A stretch of 64,000 nucleotides of DNA from Flavobacteriales bacterium (GTDB lineage: Bacteria > Bacteroidota > Bacteroidia > UBA10329), in NCBI GenBank assembly GCA_044356305.1, contig JBIKWM010000011.1:20567-84566 (forward strand), given 5' to 3'. Each line of letters opens with the position of its first letter. Within the stretch, counting starts at the first letter, position 1. Shown here piece by piece: positions 29,140 through 38,454 of this stretch. Both the position numbers and the translations under genes were made by a program. Below the pieces are notes generated by a model. The model saw only the letters and a program-made list of their open reading frames with translations. It ran no database searches and was not told where the DNA came from.

Positions 29140-30374
29140 CGCATCAGGCGGAGGTTACCCGATTCAGACGACAGGATGTACATGCCGCCCGGCAGGTCGG
29201 CCCCTATCAGGTTGCGGCCCGGCATGAGTGTGGGGGTTGCCACCGGTCGGCCCAGGGCATCGAGGAGCTGTGCCCTTACAGGCGCTGAGCCCGCGGGCAA
29301 TTCTACCGCCCACGGTGTGCCGGGAGCGGCAGGGTTGCCCGACACCCGTATGCCATCTGCCACCATGTCATCCATTCCCACCCCACTGTATTGAACCACC
29401 AAGGTGCCGAAAAACGAACATCCGTACTCATTGAAGATTGAGACGGAATAGAACCCCGAGGTGTCGATGGCCAGGTAGGAATGGGCCGATGAATCGACCA
29501 CCTCCCCGTCTCTGCGCCAGATGTAGATGTAGTAGAGGCTGGGCTCGGTAACGATGCCCCACACGGCACTGATGGTGTCGCCATAATTGTAGAGCTGTAC
29601 CGGATCGGGGTGCCCCTGCTGGTAAACGAAGAGGTTGTTGCTCTCCACCTGGACCTCGCAGCCCAGCGAGTCCACGCCATACTGCGGGAACGAGTTGACA
29701 CTGCCCATCTGGTTGATGTAGAACACGGTGTCGGTGGTGGAGTTGAAGGTGAGGTCCCAAGTGTCGTAGAGCAGAAATCCGGGGGTGTACCAGATCTGCG
29801 CACTCTCGCCATAGCACAGCACCGAATCGCTCGCAAACGCCTCAAGCACAGGGTTCGACTCGTGCACCGTGGCGGTGCCCGAGATGGTGCAGCCCTCTGC
29901 GTCCACCACCTGGTAGGCGTAACAGCCCGCACCGATATTGCTAAGGGTCGGACCGTCCTCGGCCAGCACTGCGCCCCCGCAGTCGGTCCAGGTATAGGTG
30001 AGCGGATAGGCCGCATATACATTGTCGAGATACACCCATCCGGTCATGCCGCTGCACGCATGGCTCACCACCACACTGTCTATGCCGAACGGTTCCAGCG
30101 TAACGGTGGCGTCATCGCTCTCCGTGCCGCTGAAAACAGTAACGGTGTGCGGCCCCGCGCCAAGACCTGTGATGGTATCGTTGGTGCTGCCATCGTCCCA
30201 CAGATACGTGTATTCGCCTGTGCCACCCACCGGGGTCACCACCAACGAACCGCTCTGGTCATCGCACCCGGGGCCATGCAGGATGAGCACGTAGGCTGTA
30301 AGGGGCTGTGCCACACCCGACAGTTGCAGGAGCAGCGCGAACGAGGCGAGGAAGACTTTCAGCGGTGTATGCAT
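29136..30374 (-). CDS. SprB-repeat-like surface protein with a probable T9SS CTD
   Basis: GGTGEYTYLW..G, YTW..C, D..GC repeats; signal peptide; GNPA...LPGGMYIL tail. Confidence 0.75.
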   Translation of the reverse strand: MHTPLKVFLASFALLLQLSGVAQPLTAYVLILHGPGCDDQSGSLVVTPVGGTGEYTYLWDDGSTNDTITGLGAGPHTVTVFSGTESDDATVTLEPFGIDSVVVSHACSGMTGWVYLDNVYAAYPLTYTWTDCGGAVLAEDGPTLSNIGAGCYAYQVVDAEGCTISGTATVHESNPVLEAFASDSVLCYGESAQIWYTPGFLLYDTWDLTFNSTTDTVFYINQMGSVNSFPQYGVDSLGCEVQVESNNLFVYQQGHPDPVQLYNYGDTISAVWGIVTEPSLYYIYIWRRDGEVVDSSAHSYLAIDTSGFYSVSIFNEYGCSFFGTLVVQYSGVGMDDMVADGIRVSGNPAAPGTPWAVELPAGSAPVRAQLLDALGRPVATPTLMPGRNLIGADLPGGMYILSSESGNLRLMR

Positions 30375-30479
30375 GATGTTACGGTCTTGAAGCACAAACC
30401 TACAGATTTTTATCAAGTTGGATAACAGGGCCGTTTGGCTTTTTGGGGGAATTGACAGGACAGGGGTCCATTTTCCGTT

Positions 30480-31151
30480 TCAATAGAACTCGGACACCGC
30501 TTCCAGTGGTTTGCGCCTCAGGTCGGGCACCATGGCCCCCTCGGCCGCATATCCTACCGGAATGAGCAGGAACGGTTTCTCGTTATCGGGCCGGTTCAGC
30601 ACTTTCGTCAGGAAATTCATGGGACTCGGGGTGTGGGTCAGGGCCACCAGTCCTGCATGGTGTATGGCCGCGAGCAGAAAGCCCGTGGCAATGCCCACGC
30701 TCTCGGTCGAGTAGTAGTTGTTCCGCTTTTCCCCGTCCACCACCTCATACGAGTGGCGCATCACAACGATTAGCCAAGGGGCCACCTCCAGGAACGGTTT
30801 GATGTGGTCGGTGCCCAAGGGTGCCAAATCTTTCAGCCAGCGGTCACTCATCCGTCCGTGATAATTCTCAAACTCCTCTTTTTCGGCCGCCTCGCGAATG
30901 CGGGTCTTGATCTCGGGCGAGCTGATGGCGCAGAATGTCCACGGTTGGATGTGCGCCCCGCTGGGTGCAGTGGAGGCGGTTCGGATCAGGTTCTCGATCA
31001 CCGAACGGGGCACAGGCCGGTCGCTGAAGGTGCGCAAGGACCTGCGCCTGTCCATACAGCGGTAAAATTCCTCCGCACGCTGCCGGGTCTCCTCTTCACT
31101 GAATGGGTCGCCCTGGTAGGCAATGAATCCGTCTGCGGTGCCTTTCATCAT
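30480..31151 (-). CDS. Nitroreductase family protein, iodotyrosine deiodinase-like
   Basis: RRS.R.FS, TAPSGAH.QPW.F, IREAAEKEE.ENY, ESVGIA.G, LTHTPSPM.FL. Confidence 0.85.
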   Translation of the reverse strand: MMKGTADGFIAYQGDPFSEEETRQRAEEFYRCMDRRRSLRTFSDRPVPRSVIENLIRTASTAPSGAHIQPWTFCAISSPEIKTRIREAAEKEEFENYHGRMSDRWLKDLAPLGTDHIKPFLEVAPWLIVVMRHSYEVVDGEKRNNYYSTESVGIATGFLLAAIHHAGLVALTHTPSPMNFLTKVLNRPDNEKPFLLIPVGYAAEGAMVPDLRRKPLEAVSEFY

Positions 31152-31283
31152 CAAGGGTATTTGAACCGGACCGATGATAACGCACCCATCGCCATCGTTT
31201 AACATCAATTTTGAGCCTAAATGACCACAGTTACCTTTTAGGATGCGACCTTGCACCCCTATCTCATCAATCATCACACAGAA

Positions 31284-31682
31284 ATGGAAGGCACCAAAGA
31301 GAACCCTTGGAAACTGAAGACTCCGCCCCTTACATCGGACTACGAGATGTACCGTGATGTGAAGGACGGGCGCGAGGTGATCGTGTGCGTGGTGGGCAAG
31401 ACCACCCTGCTCTATGATGCCCGCTGCCTCAACGACCTGCATACCATGCTCAAGGCCCTTGGCGACTGGATGGAGCTGGGCAGTGCCGATGAACAGAAAC
31501 CGGCCAAGGACGGCACCGTTGAGGCCTGGGGACGGTCTGAGAAGAACCCCGTGGGCGGCTGGTACGGACTGAAGAAGGGCCTTCGGGGCCGATTCGGGAT
31601 GTATGTGCCGCCCTTGATGGAGAAGCTCGGTCTGGCCGAGGTGACACACGACCCCAAGGGCAACCGGATGCGGGCTATCTGA
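31284..31682 (+). CDS. Conserved hypothetical protein (possibly DUF6855-like)
   Basis: GT.ENPW.LKTPP and WGRS.KNPVGGWYGLKKG.RGRF; family name recalled, not verified. Confidence 0.7.
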   Translation: MEGTKENPWKLKTPPLTSDYEMYRDVKDGREVIVCVVGKTTLLYDARCLNDLHTMLKALGDWMELGSADEQKPAKDGTVEAWGRSEKNPVGGWYGLKKGLRGRFGMYVPPLMEKLGLAEVTHDPKGNRMRAI

Positions 31683-31711
31683 GGCGGGGTCGTCCTCCTA
31701 TTTGCTCAACC

Positions 31712-33004
31712 ATGCTCAAGAATCGGACGGGATTCCTTCTATGTGTACTCACGGTGCTCGCGGGGCAGATGGTCCGTGGCCAGCATCTGGTGGGATATTG
31801 GCACAACTGGAATGATGCCAGCGCCCCGTATGTGCCGTTGGACCAGATAGACCCGCGCTATGATGTGGTGAATGTGTCGTTCGCGGTGCCGACCGTTGGC
31901 ACCTATCACGACCTGCAGTTTGTGCCCGACCAGGTGAGCCCTTCCGTTTTTGAGGCACAGGTGCAGGCATTGCGGAACGAGGGCCGGCAGGTGAACATCA
32001 GCATTGGGGGTGCCACCGCCCCCATTGTTCTGAGCAGCAGCAACGAGCGCGATGTGTTCGTCAGCTCACTTCTTAGCATCATCGGCACTTACGGCTTCAA
32101 CGGGCTCGACATCGACCTCGAGGGCAGCTCCCTGATGGTATCGGGCGGCAGCATCGCCCAGCCCACCGACCAGAGCATACTCCTACTGATAGAGGCCATC
32201 GGTCAGGTGATGGACGGCTATCGCGCCCTGGCCGGCCAGAAGCTGTACCTGAGCATGGCCCCCGAAACGGCCTTTGTGCAGGGCGGCATGAGCGCCTACG
32301 GCAGCATCTGGGGTGCATATCTGCCCGTCATCCATGCCCTGCGCGATTCCATCGACCTGCTGCATGTGCAGCTTTACAACAGCGGCTCCATGTATGGCAT
32401 CGATGGCGGCATCTACACGCAGGGCACAGCCGATTTTATCGTGTCGCAGACCGATGCCGTCATTCAGGGTTTCAGCACCGCAGGCGGTCCCTTTGCCGGA
32501 CTGCCCGCACACAAGGTGGCCGTTGGCCTGCCCGCCTGCAACCTCGCTGCGGGTGGCGGTTACACCGATCCGGCCACCGTGGCCCAGGCCGTGCGCTACC
32601 TCATGGGCAGCGGGCCCCAGCCCGGCACCTACCAGTTGGCACAGAATGGCGGCCACCCCGCGCTGGGCGGCCTCATGACCTGGAGCATCAACTGGGATGC
32701 CGTGGCCACCTGTGACGGGGCCTATTCCTTTGCTCAGATATTCGAGGATGTATGGGGCAATGTCACCTCCACCGCCCCCCGCCCTGCCTCGGTGAGCCTT
32801 TCGCCATGGCCCAATCCGGCCACCGAGGTGCTGCACCTGTCCCCTCAGGATGCCCGAATGCCCATTGACCTTATCGACCCATTGGGACAGATATTCAGCA
32901 CCATGCCCCAAACGGACGGCACCGTTAGGGTGGGCCATCTGCCCCGTGGCATGTATCAGCTCAGGGTGGCAGGCGGACGCTGGCACAGGGTGGTGCTCCA
33001 GTAG
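31712..33004 (+). CDS. GH18 chitinase with T9SS CTD
   Basis: VGYWHNW, SIGG, FNGLDIDLE (DxDxE), GLMTWSINWD, WPNPA CTD. Confidence 0.9.
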   Translation: MLKNRTGFLLCVLTVLAGQMVRGQHLVGYWHNWNDASAPYVPLDQIDPRYDVVNVSFAVPTVGTYHDLQFVPDQVSPSVFEAQVQALRNEGRQVNISIGGATAPIVLSSSNERDVFVSSLLSIIGTYGFNGLDIDLEGSSLMVSGGSIAQPTDQSILLLIEAIGQVMDGYRALAGQKLYLSMAPETAFVQGGMSAYGSIWGAYLPVIHALRDSIDLLHVQLYNSGSMYGIDGGIYTQGTADFIVSQTDAVIQGFSTAGGPFAGLPAHKVAVGLPACNLAAGGGYTDPATVAQAVRYLMGSGPQPGTYQLAQNGGHPALGGLMTWSINWDAVATCDGAYSFAQIFEDVWGNVTSTAPRPASVSLSPWPNPATEVLHLSPQDARMPIDLIDPLGQIFSTMPQTDGTVRVGHLPRGMYQLRVAGGRWHRVVLQ

Positions 33005-33016
33005 CTTTGGGCTCAA

Positions 33017-33415
33017 ATGGCTCAACCGCGCCTACGCATCCTGCTCATCGGCCTCATCATCACCTCGCTGCTTGGCAGGTTGGAATGGGGCACAGACCAG
33101 CGCATGTTTCTGTTCGAGGGCGAATGGGATGTATTGCACAAGCTCATCACTGACCCGCTCTCAGTGCTGCACCCCTTCATTCTGTTGCCTTTGTTCGGGC
33201 AAGTGCTGCTCGTGATAGCCATCGTGCAGGCCCGACCGGGGCACGGGCTCATCTGGGCAGGCATGGGCTCCCTCACGGTTCTACTCGGTTTCATGGCCGT
33301 GATCGGCCTCTTCAGCCTCAATGCGCGCATATTCCTGAGCACTTTGCCCTTCCTGTCACTCACGGCATATACCGCTTGGCGGTTACGCACAGATAAGGGG
33401 CAAGCGATCCGCTGA
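33017..33415 (+). CDS. Small multi-pass membrane protein
   Basis: Four hydrophobic segments; LEWG and HPFILLP motifs. Confidence 0.75.
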   Translation: MAQPRLRILLIGLIITSLLGRLEWGTDQRMFLFEGEWDVLHKLITDPLSVLHPFILLPLFGQVLLVIAIVQARPGHGLIWAGMGSLTVLLGFMAVIGLFSLNARIFLSTLPFLSLTAYTAWRLRTDKGQAIR

Positions 33416-33577
33416 TGTCCTGATGGCCTGACCCATTCCTTCGGCCCCGCTCACCGGAAATACATGTTTCATGGGGCCTGGCGCGAAAACCTTATTGGAC
33501 CCGTTCCGGCATTTGCGCAACATCGGTTGTGACATCCGTCACATCTGACCTGCAAAGGTTGTGCGTAGTTCGCACCC

Positions 33578-35185
33578 ATGCAAAAAATGCTCTACGCCTT
33601 GGTGCTTTGGTTGCCGCTTGTGACCACGGCCCAGCAGGGATTTCAGGTAACGGTGCAGGAAGTGCCGTTCACCGGATTGCCATCGGTACAGTCGTTCGCT
33701 GTGGGCACCCACGGGGGGCTTTGGCTACTGGTAGGGGGTCGGGCCGATGGGCTGCACCAACGCCAGCCCTTTGCATCGTTCCTTGCCGAGGGCAACAACA
33801 CTCAGATGCACGTGGTCGACCGGGTGGCCGGGCAGGTGTGGTCAGTGGCGCTGAGCAGCCTGCCCACATCCGTACAGGAACAGCTGCAGAGCACCAACAT
33901 GGCCTGGTATCAACGCGATACGGTGCTGTACCTCGTTGGTGGCTACGGCTACAGCGCCACGGCTGCCGACCACATCACCCACGGCAGGCTAACGGCCCTT
34001 AACATTCCGGGCTGTGTGGCCGCTGTGCAGGCAGGTGGCAGCCTCGCACCGCATGTGCGATCAGTGGCCGACTCCCGCATGGCAGTGACAGGTGGTAATC
34101 TTGGCCTGATAGGCAGCACATTCCACTTGGTGGGAGGGCAGTATTTCGAGGGACGTTACAATCCCATGGGACCCAACCATGGACCTGGCTTCATACAGGA
34201 ATACACAGAGGCGGTGCGCAGGTTCGGTGTCAATGACGATGGCACTTCGCTGGCGGTGGTGTCATACACCGAGACATCGGACCCGGCCGAACTGCACAGA
34301 CGCGACAACAACATGCTGCCGCAGATATTCCCCGATGGGTCATTCGGTTACACGGCATTCTCAGGGGTGTTTCAACCCACGGTCGATCTGCCTTGGCTCA
34401 ACACCGTTAACATCACGGCCACAGGGCATCAGGCTGTGGCAGGGTTCAATCAGATGCTCAGCCAGTACCACTCGGCCAAGATGGCTGTGCACGATGCCTC
34501 TTCGGGCCGTATGCACTCTCTCTTTTTCGGTGGAATGAGCCGCTACCGGTATGATGCACAGGGTAACCTGATCACGGACGATGCGGTGCCCTTTGTCAAC
34601 ACCATCAGCGTGGTGACCCGCACCACCGATGGCACCATGACCGAGCTGCAACTGCCGCAGACCATGCCGGGTCTGCTGGGCGCGGGGGCCGAGTTTATTC
34701 CAGCAGCAGGAATGCCTTACCTGCCCAGCGGCATTCTCGACCTTGCCGCACTGCCCATGGGCCCGCAGGTGGTGGGCCATATCCTAGGCGGCATTGAAAG
34801 CACAGCCGACAACATCTTCTTTGTGAATAATGGCACCCAGAGCCACGCCAGCACAAGGCTGTTCGAGGTGGTGATAGAGCGCGAGGAGACCACCGCTGTG
34901 GCCCGGCCAGTTCGAGCCACCGATGTGCTTCAGTTGCATGTGGCTCCAAATCCGGCCAGCAACGAGCTCCAGTTCACTGTCCGTTCGCTTTACCCTGCTC
35001 AGGGCACAGCCTTACTTGTAGCCACCGATGGGCGCACTGTGCTGAGCCAGGCCCTGTGGCTCGATGCGGCCGGGGCACAGCCCTTGTCCATGCCGTTGCG
35101 CCATGTGGCACCGGGCAACTACGTGCTGCGTGTATGCGATACGGGTTTCTGTGTCGATGAGCCGGTGAGTGTGCAAGGCCAGTGA
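33578..35185 (+). CDS. Kelch-like beta-propeller protein with T9SS CTD
   Basis: Repeated LVGG motifs; signal peptide; APNPA...PGNYVL CTD. Confidence 0.8.
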   Translation: MQKMLYALVLWLPLVTTAQQGFQVTVQEVPFTGLPSVQSFAVGTHGGLWLLVGGRADGLHQRQPFASFLAEGNNTQMHVVDRVAGQVWSVALSSLPTSVQEQLQSTNMAWYQRDTVLYLVGGYGYSATAADHITHGRLTALNIPGCVAAVQAGGSLAPHVRSVADSRMAVTGGNLGLIGSTFHLVGGQYFEGRYNPMGPNHGPGFIQEYTEAVRRFGVNDDGTSLAVVSYTETSDPAELHRRDNNMLPQIFPDGSFGYTAFSGVFQPTVDLPWLNTVNITATGHQAVAGFNQMLSQYHSAKMAVHDASSGRMHSLFFGGMSRYRYDAQGNLITDDAVPFVNTISVVTRTTDGTMTELQLPQTMPGLLGAGAEFIPAAGMPYLPSGILDLAALPMGPQVVGHILGGIESTADNIFFVNNGTQSHASTRLFEVVIEREETTAVARPVRATDVLQLHVAPNPASNELQFTVRSLYPAQGTALLVATDGRTVLSQALWLDAAGAQPLSMPLRHVAPGNYVLRVCDTGFCVDEPVSVQGQ

Positions 35186-35228
35186 GCGGGGCCATGCGCC
35201 TCCCTTGCTTTGCGTAGCTTTGCCCCTC

Positions 35229-36728
35229 ATGCAGCGTACCAAGCTCCGTATCACGGGCCTGTGGGTGGTCCTTATTGTATTGGCGGCTCAGAGCGGCCAT
35301 GCTCAGGGCAAGATAGACCTCAATTACTCCGAGGTCATTATCCGCGAGGATTTCCGCGAACCCAACGACAACTGGCCCAATCTGTCTACCATGGAGAACC
35401 TCTACATGGTGGTCAAGGACGAGTATTTCATGCACAGGCGCAATTCCACCGCGCCCTATGCACTGATGCTCAAATGGGAGAACGTATATCCGGTGTATCA
35501 GATCCTGGCTTCATTGCGGCTCGGACCCATGGAGCGCGAGGAGCAGACCATTGGCGTCATCCTGCAGGTGCAGGTGGATGGCAAAGGCGCGTTTGTGATG
35601 GAGGTGAACCGGTTCAAGCAGGTGCGCGTCAAACAGTTGGTGGGCAGCTATTACCGCTACATCACCGGCACCGGCACAGGCGAGGACAAAGGCTGGGTCA
35701 AGGGCAATGTGCGCGGCCGCGAAGAGACCAATGAGTTCGATATCCGGGTCAACGGCCCACAGGTCGATTTTTACATCAACAAGAAATTCGTCATCAGTGC
35801 CGATGCACCCGAGTATAAACCGGGTACAGTGGGCCTACTGATCGGCCCTGACACCAAGGCCAAGGCCGATTACTTTTATGTGCTCACCACTGGCGATGGC
35901 CGCGGGGCCGGTGCAGCCAACGAGGAGGAGAAGAAACAGAAACTCACTGCTCAGGAAGAACTTGTTAAAGTCAAGTTTGAACTTGAGCAGATGAAAAAGA
36001 CCCTCGCCAGCAAGGAGATAGAGCTGAAGGTGACTTCCGAACGGATGCAGCAGGATATTGAGCGCATCACCAAGGACAATGAGGAACTGATGACCCGTGT
36101 GCGGCAGTTGCAGGAATTCAAGAATCAACTGGATGTTGACATCGATGGCGATGTGTTCCTTACGCTGGCCGGCAACCTGCGCGATGAACTGAAGAAGAAC
36201 GCCATCATGGAGGAGGAACTTGAGCTTTACAAGGATTCGCTGCGAATCAATAACGAGAAGTTCCGCAAGTTCAAGCTTACCATGCTGGATGGGGCCATAA
36301 CCAAGGCCGAGCGCGACAAGAAGAACCGCGAGGCCGAAGAGGCCGCTAAGATGACCGGATTGATCAATGCAGAATTGAAGGAGAAGAAGTGGAAGGAAGA
36401 ACAGGAAAAGTATGAGGCCGAACGGAGGAAGGAGATAGCCAAGAAGATTGACGAGGCCCGCAACAAGGGCAAGGCCACTGAGGGCAAGGTGGCGCAACCC
36501 AATTTACCCACCGATGTGGCTGCCCCGTCCGTGGCAGAGAAAGCTGAGGCGGAACCGGTAAAGGGTGAACCGAAGACTGAGGCAAAGGAGAAGCCAACGG
36601 CATCAGAACAGGCCAGGCCCTCTGTGGCCCAAGAGGCTGCCCCAGCACCGAAACCCCAAACCGGTGATCCAGGAAAAGCCGCCCCATTGCCCGTAATGAC
36701 CCGCAAAGCCACCAAGGCCAAAGACTGA
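35229..36728 (+). CDS. Exported hypothetical protein (beta-sandwich domain, long coiled coil, Ala/Pro/Glu-rich tail)
   Basis: Signal peptide ending GHA-Q; E/K-rich heptads; abuts the panB start. Confidence 0.75.
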   Translation: MQRTKLRITGLWVVLIVLAAQSGHAQGKIDLNYSEVIIREDFREPNDNWPNLSTMENLYMVVKDEYFMHRRNSTAPYALMLKWENVYPVYQILASLRLGPMEREEQTIGVILQVQVDGKGAFVMEVNRFKQVRVKQLVGSYYRYITGTGTGEDKGWVKGNVRGREETNEFDIRVNGPQVDFYINKKFVISADAPEYKPGTVGLLIGPDTKAKADYFYVLTTGDGRGAGAANEEEKKQKLTAQEELVKVKFELEQMKKTLASKEIELKVTSERMQQDIERITKDNEELMTRVRQLQEFKNQLDVDIDGDVFLTLAGNLRDELKKNAIMEEELELYKDSLRINNEKFRKFKLTMLDGAITKAERDKKNREAEEAAKMTGLINAELKEKKWKEEQEKYEAERRKEIAKKIDEARNKGKATEGKVAQPNLPTDVAAPSVAEKAEAEPVKGEPKTEAKEKPTASEQARPSVAQEAAPAPKPQTGDPGKAAPLPVMTRKATKAKD

Positions 36729-37543
36729 TGAGCGTACACAGAGAGGTGAAGAAAGTGACCACACATGTGCTTCAGGAGATGAAGCGCAACGGTGAGGCCA
36801 TAGCCATGCTCACGGCATATGACTACACTATGGCCAGCATACTCGATGCGGCCGGTATAGACATCCTTCTGGTGGGCGACTCGGCCAGCAATGTCATGGC
36901 CGGGCACGAGACCACATTGCCCATAACCCTGAACGAGATGATCTACCACGCCAGCAGTGTGGTACGTGCTGTGAACAGGGCCCTGGTGGTGGTGGATCTG
37001 CCGTTCGGGTCATATCAGGGCAACAGCCGCGAGGCACTCAATTCGGCCATCCGCATCATGAAAGAGAGCGGGGGCCATAGTGTGAAACTGGAAGGGGGGC
37101 GTGAAGTGAGAGAGAGCATCGAGCGCATCCTCACGGCAGGCATCCCTGTCATGGGCCATCTGGGCCTCACACCGCAGAGCATCTATAAATTTGGCACGTA
37201 CACCGTCAGGGCCAAGGAGGAGGAAGAGGCCGAGCGGTTGGTCGAAGATGCCCATCTGCTGCAGGAGTCGGGTTGTTTTGCCATCGTATTGGAAAAGATA
37301 CCCGGCAATCTGGCCACCCGCGTGGCCAAAGAGATCAGTATACCCATCATTGGCATAGGTGCCGGTAACGGTTGCGATGGACAGGTGCTCGTCACGCACG
37401 ATATGTTGGGCATGAACAAGGAGTTCAGTCCGCGTTTCCTACGTAGGTACCTCGACCTTCAGGGCCTTATGACCGGAGCCGTGCAACAGTACATTGCAGA
37501 CGTGCGCAAGCGCGATTTCCCGAGCAAGAAGGAACAGTATTGA
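36728..37543 (+). CDS. panB: 3-methyl-2-oxobutanoate hydroxymethyltransferase
   Basis: [45 protein letters not shown]. Confidence 0.97.
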   Translation: MSVHREVKKVTTHVLQEMKRNGEAIAMLTAYDYTMASILDAAGIDILLVGDSASNVMAGHETTLPITLNEMIYHASSVVRAVNRALVVVDLPFGSYQGNSREALNSAIRIMKESGGHSVKLEGGREVRESIERILTAGIPVMGHLGLTPQSIYKFGTYTVRAKEEEEAERLVEDAHLLQESGCFAIVLEKIPGNLATRVAKEISIPIIGIGAGNGCDGQVLVTHDMLGMNKEFSPRFLRRYLDLQGLMTGAVQQYIADVRKRDFPSKKEQY

Positions 37544-37573
37544 TTTCGGGCAGTGGTGCTCCTTGAGGTGACC

Positions 37574-38329
37574 TCACTTTGAGCCCCGTTCTTTCAGGAT
37601 CTTCTCGTACGCCTCGTTCACCTTACGTATCATCTCTTCAGCATTGGCCTGGTGCTCAGGGCCGAGGTGAATCACCTTGTCGGGGTGATAGCGAAGGGCC
37701 ATCCTGCGGTAGGCCTTTTTCACCTCCTCATCGGTGGCGGTAGGCTCTATCTCCAGCACCTTGTAGTGGTCGGTGGTGTCGTGCCCGAACATGGCTTTAA
37801 TGCTGTCAAGGTCTGCCTTGCCGATGCCCAGATAGGAGGCTATGCGATTGAGCATGTCCAGCTCGGTGCGGTGCATGTCGCCATCGCTAAGTGCAAGGGC
37901 AAACAGATAGTGCATCAGTTGCAGCCGTGCCGGGTGGTCCATGTACCTGCGTATCTGCTCGCTCACTTCACGCACGTTTATCGGGTGCTTGAGCACTTCG
38001 CGCAGCAGTATCAGGTGTTCCTGGGCCTTGGCCTCACCGAATTGCTTGAGCAGGAAAGCCTTGACGAACTCAAGTTCCGAACGCATGATCCGGTCATCAG
38101 CTTTCATCACCGCAGCGGTGAGCACCAGAAGCGAAGCCTCAAAATCACCCACTGTTGTGCGCGTGCGGTCATCGGCACTTCCCAGTTCCGGACGTGGGCC
38201 TGTGCCCCACTGCATGCGGTCGCTGCTGGCGTTGTCGTACATGGCTCCCAAGGCAAAACCGAGTATGCCGCCCAAGGGCCCGCCAAAGGCCCAACCCAAT
38301 CCGCCAGCTATCCATTTACCTAAACTCAT
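37574..38329 (-). CDS. djlA: DjlA-like co-chaperone (TerB + J domain)
   Basis: N-terminal Gly-rich TM segment, VMKAD, C-terminal J domain with YHPDK. Confidence 0.85.
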   Translation of the reverse strand: MSLGKWIAGGLGWAFGGPLGGILGFALGAMYDNASSDRMQWGTGPRPELGSADDRTRTTVGDFEASLLVLTAAVMKADDRIMRSELEFVKAFLLKQFGEAKAQEHLILLREVLKHPINVREVSEQIRRYMDHPARLQLMHYLFALALSDGDMHRTELDMLNRIASYLGIGKADLDSIKAMFGHDTTDHYKVLEIEPTATDEEVKKAYRRMALRYHPDKVIHLGPEHQANAEEMIRKVNEAYEKILKERGSK

Positions 38330-38454
38330 ACCTCTTATATGTTGATACACAGCCGAACACCCGCACGTTGTGGTTGTTCCGCTGCACCGGGCCCCAAAAG
38401 TAGCCGCTGCATGTGGCGCAAAAGACGATGCTCAGGGCTACTTTCGTCCGTCTC

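Noticed and set aside
31152-31649. 389-aa version of the nitroreductase
   Set aside because: The extension is antisense to the gene at 31284-31682; the real start is near 31151.
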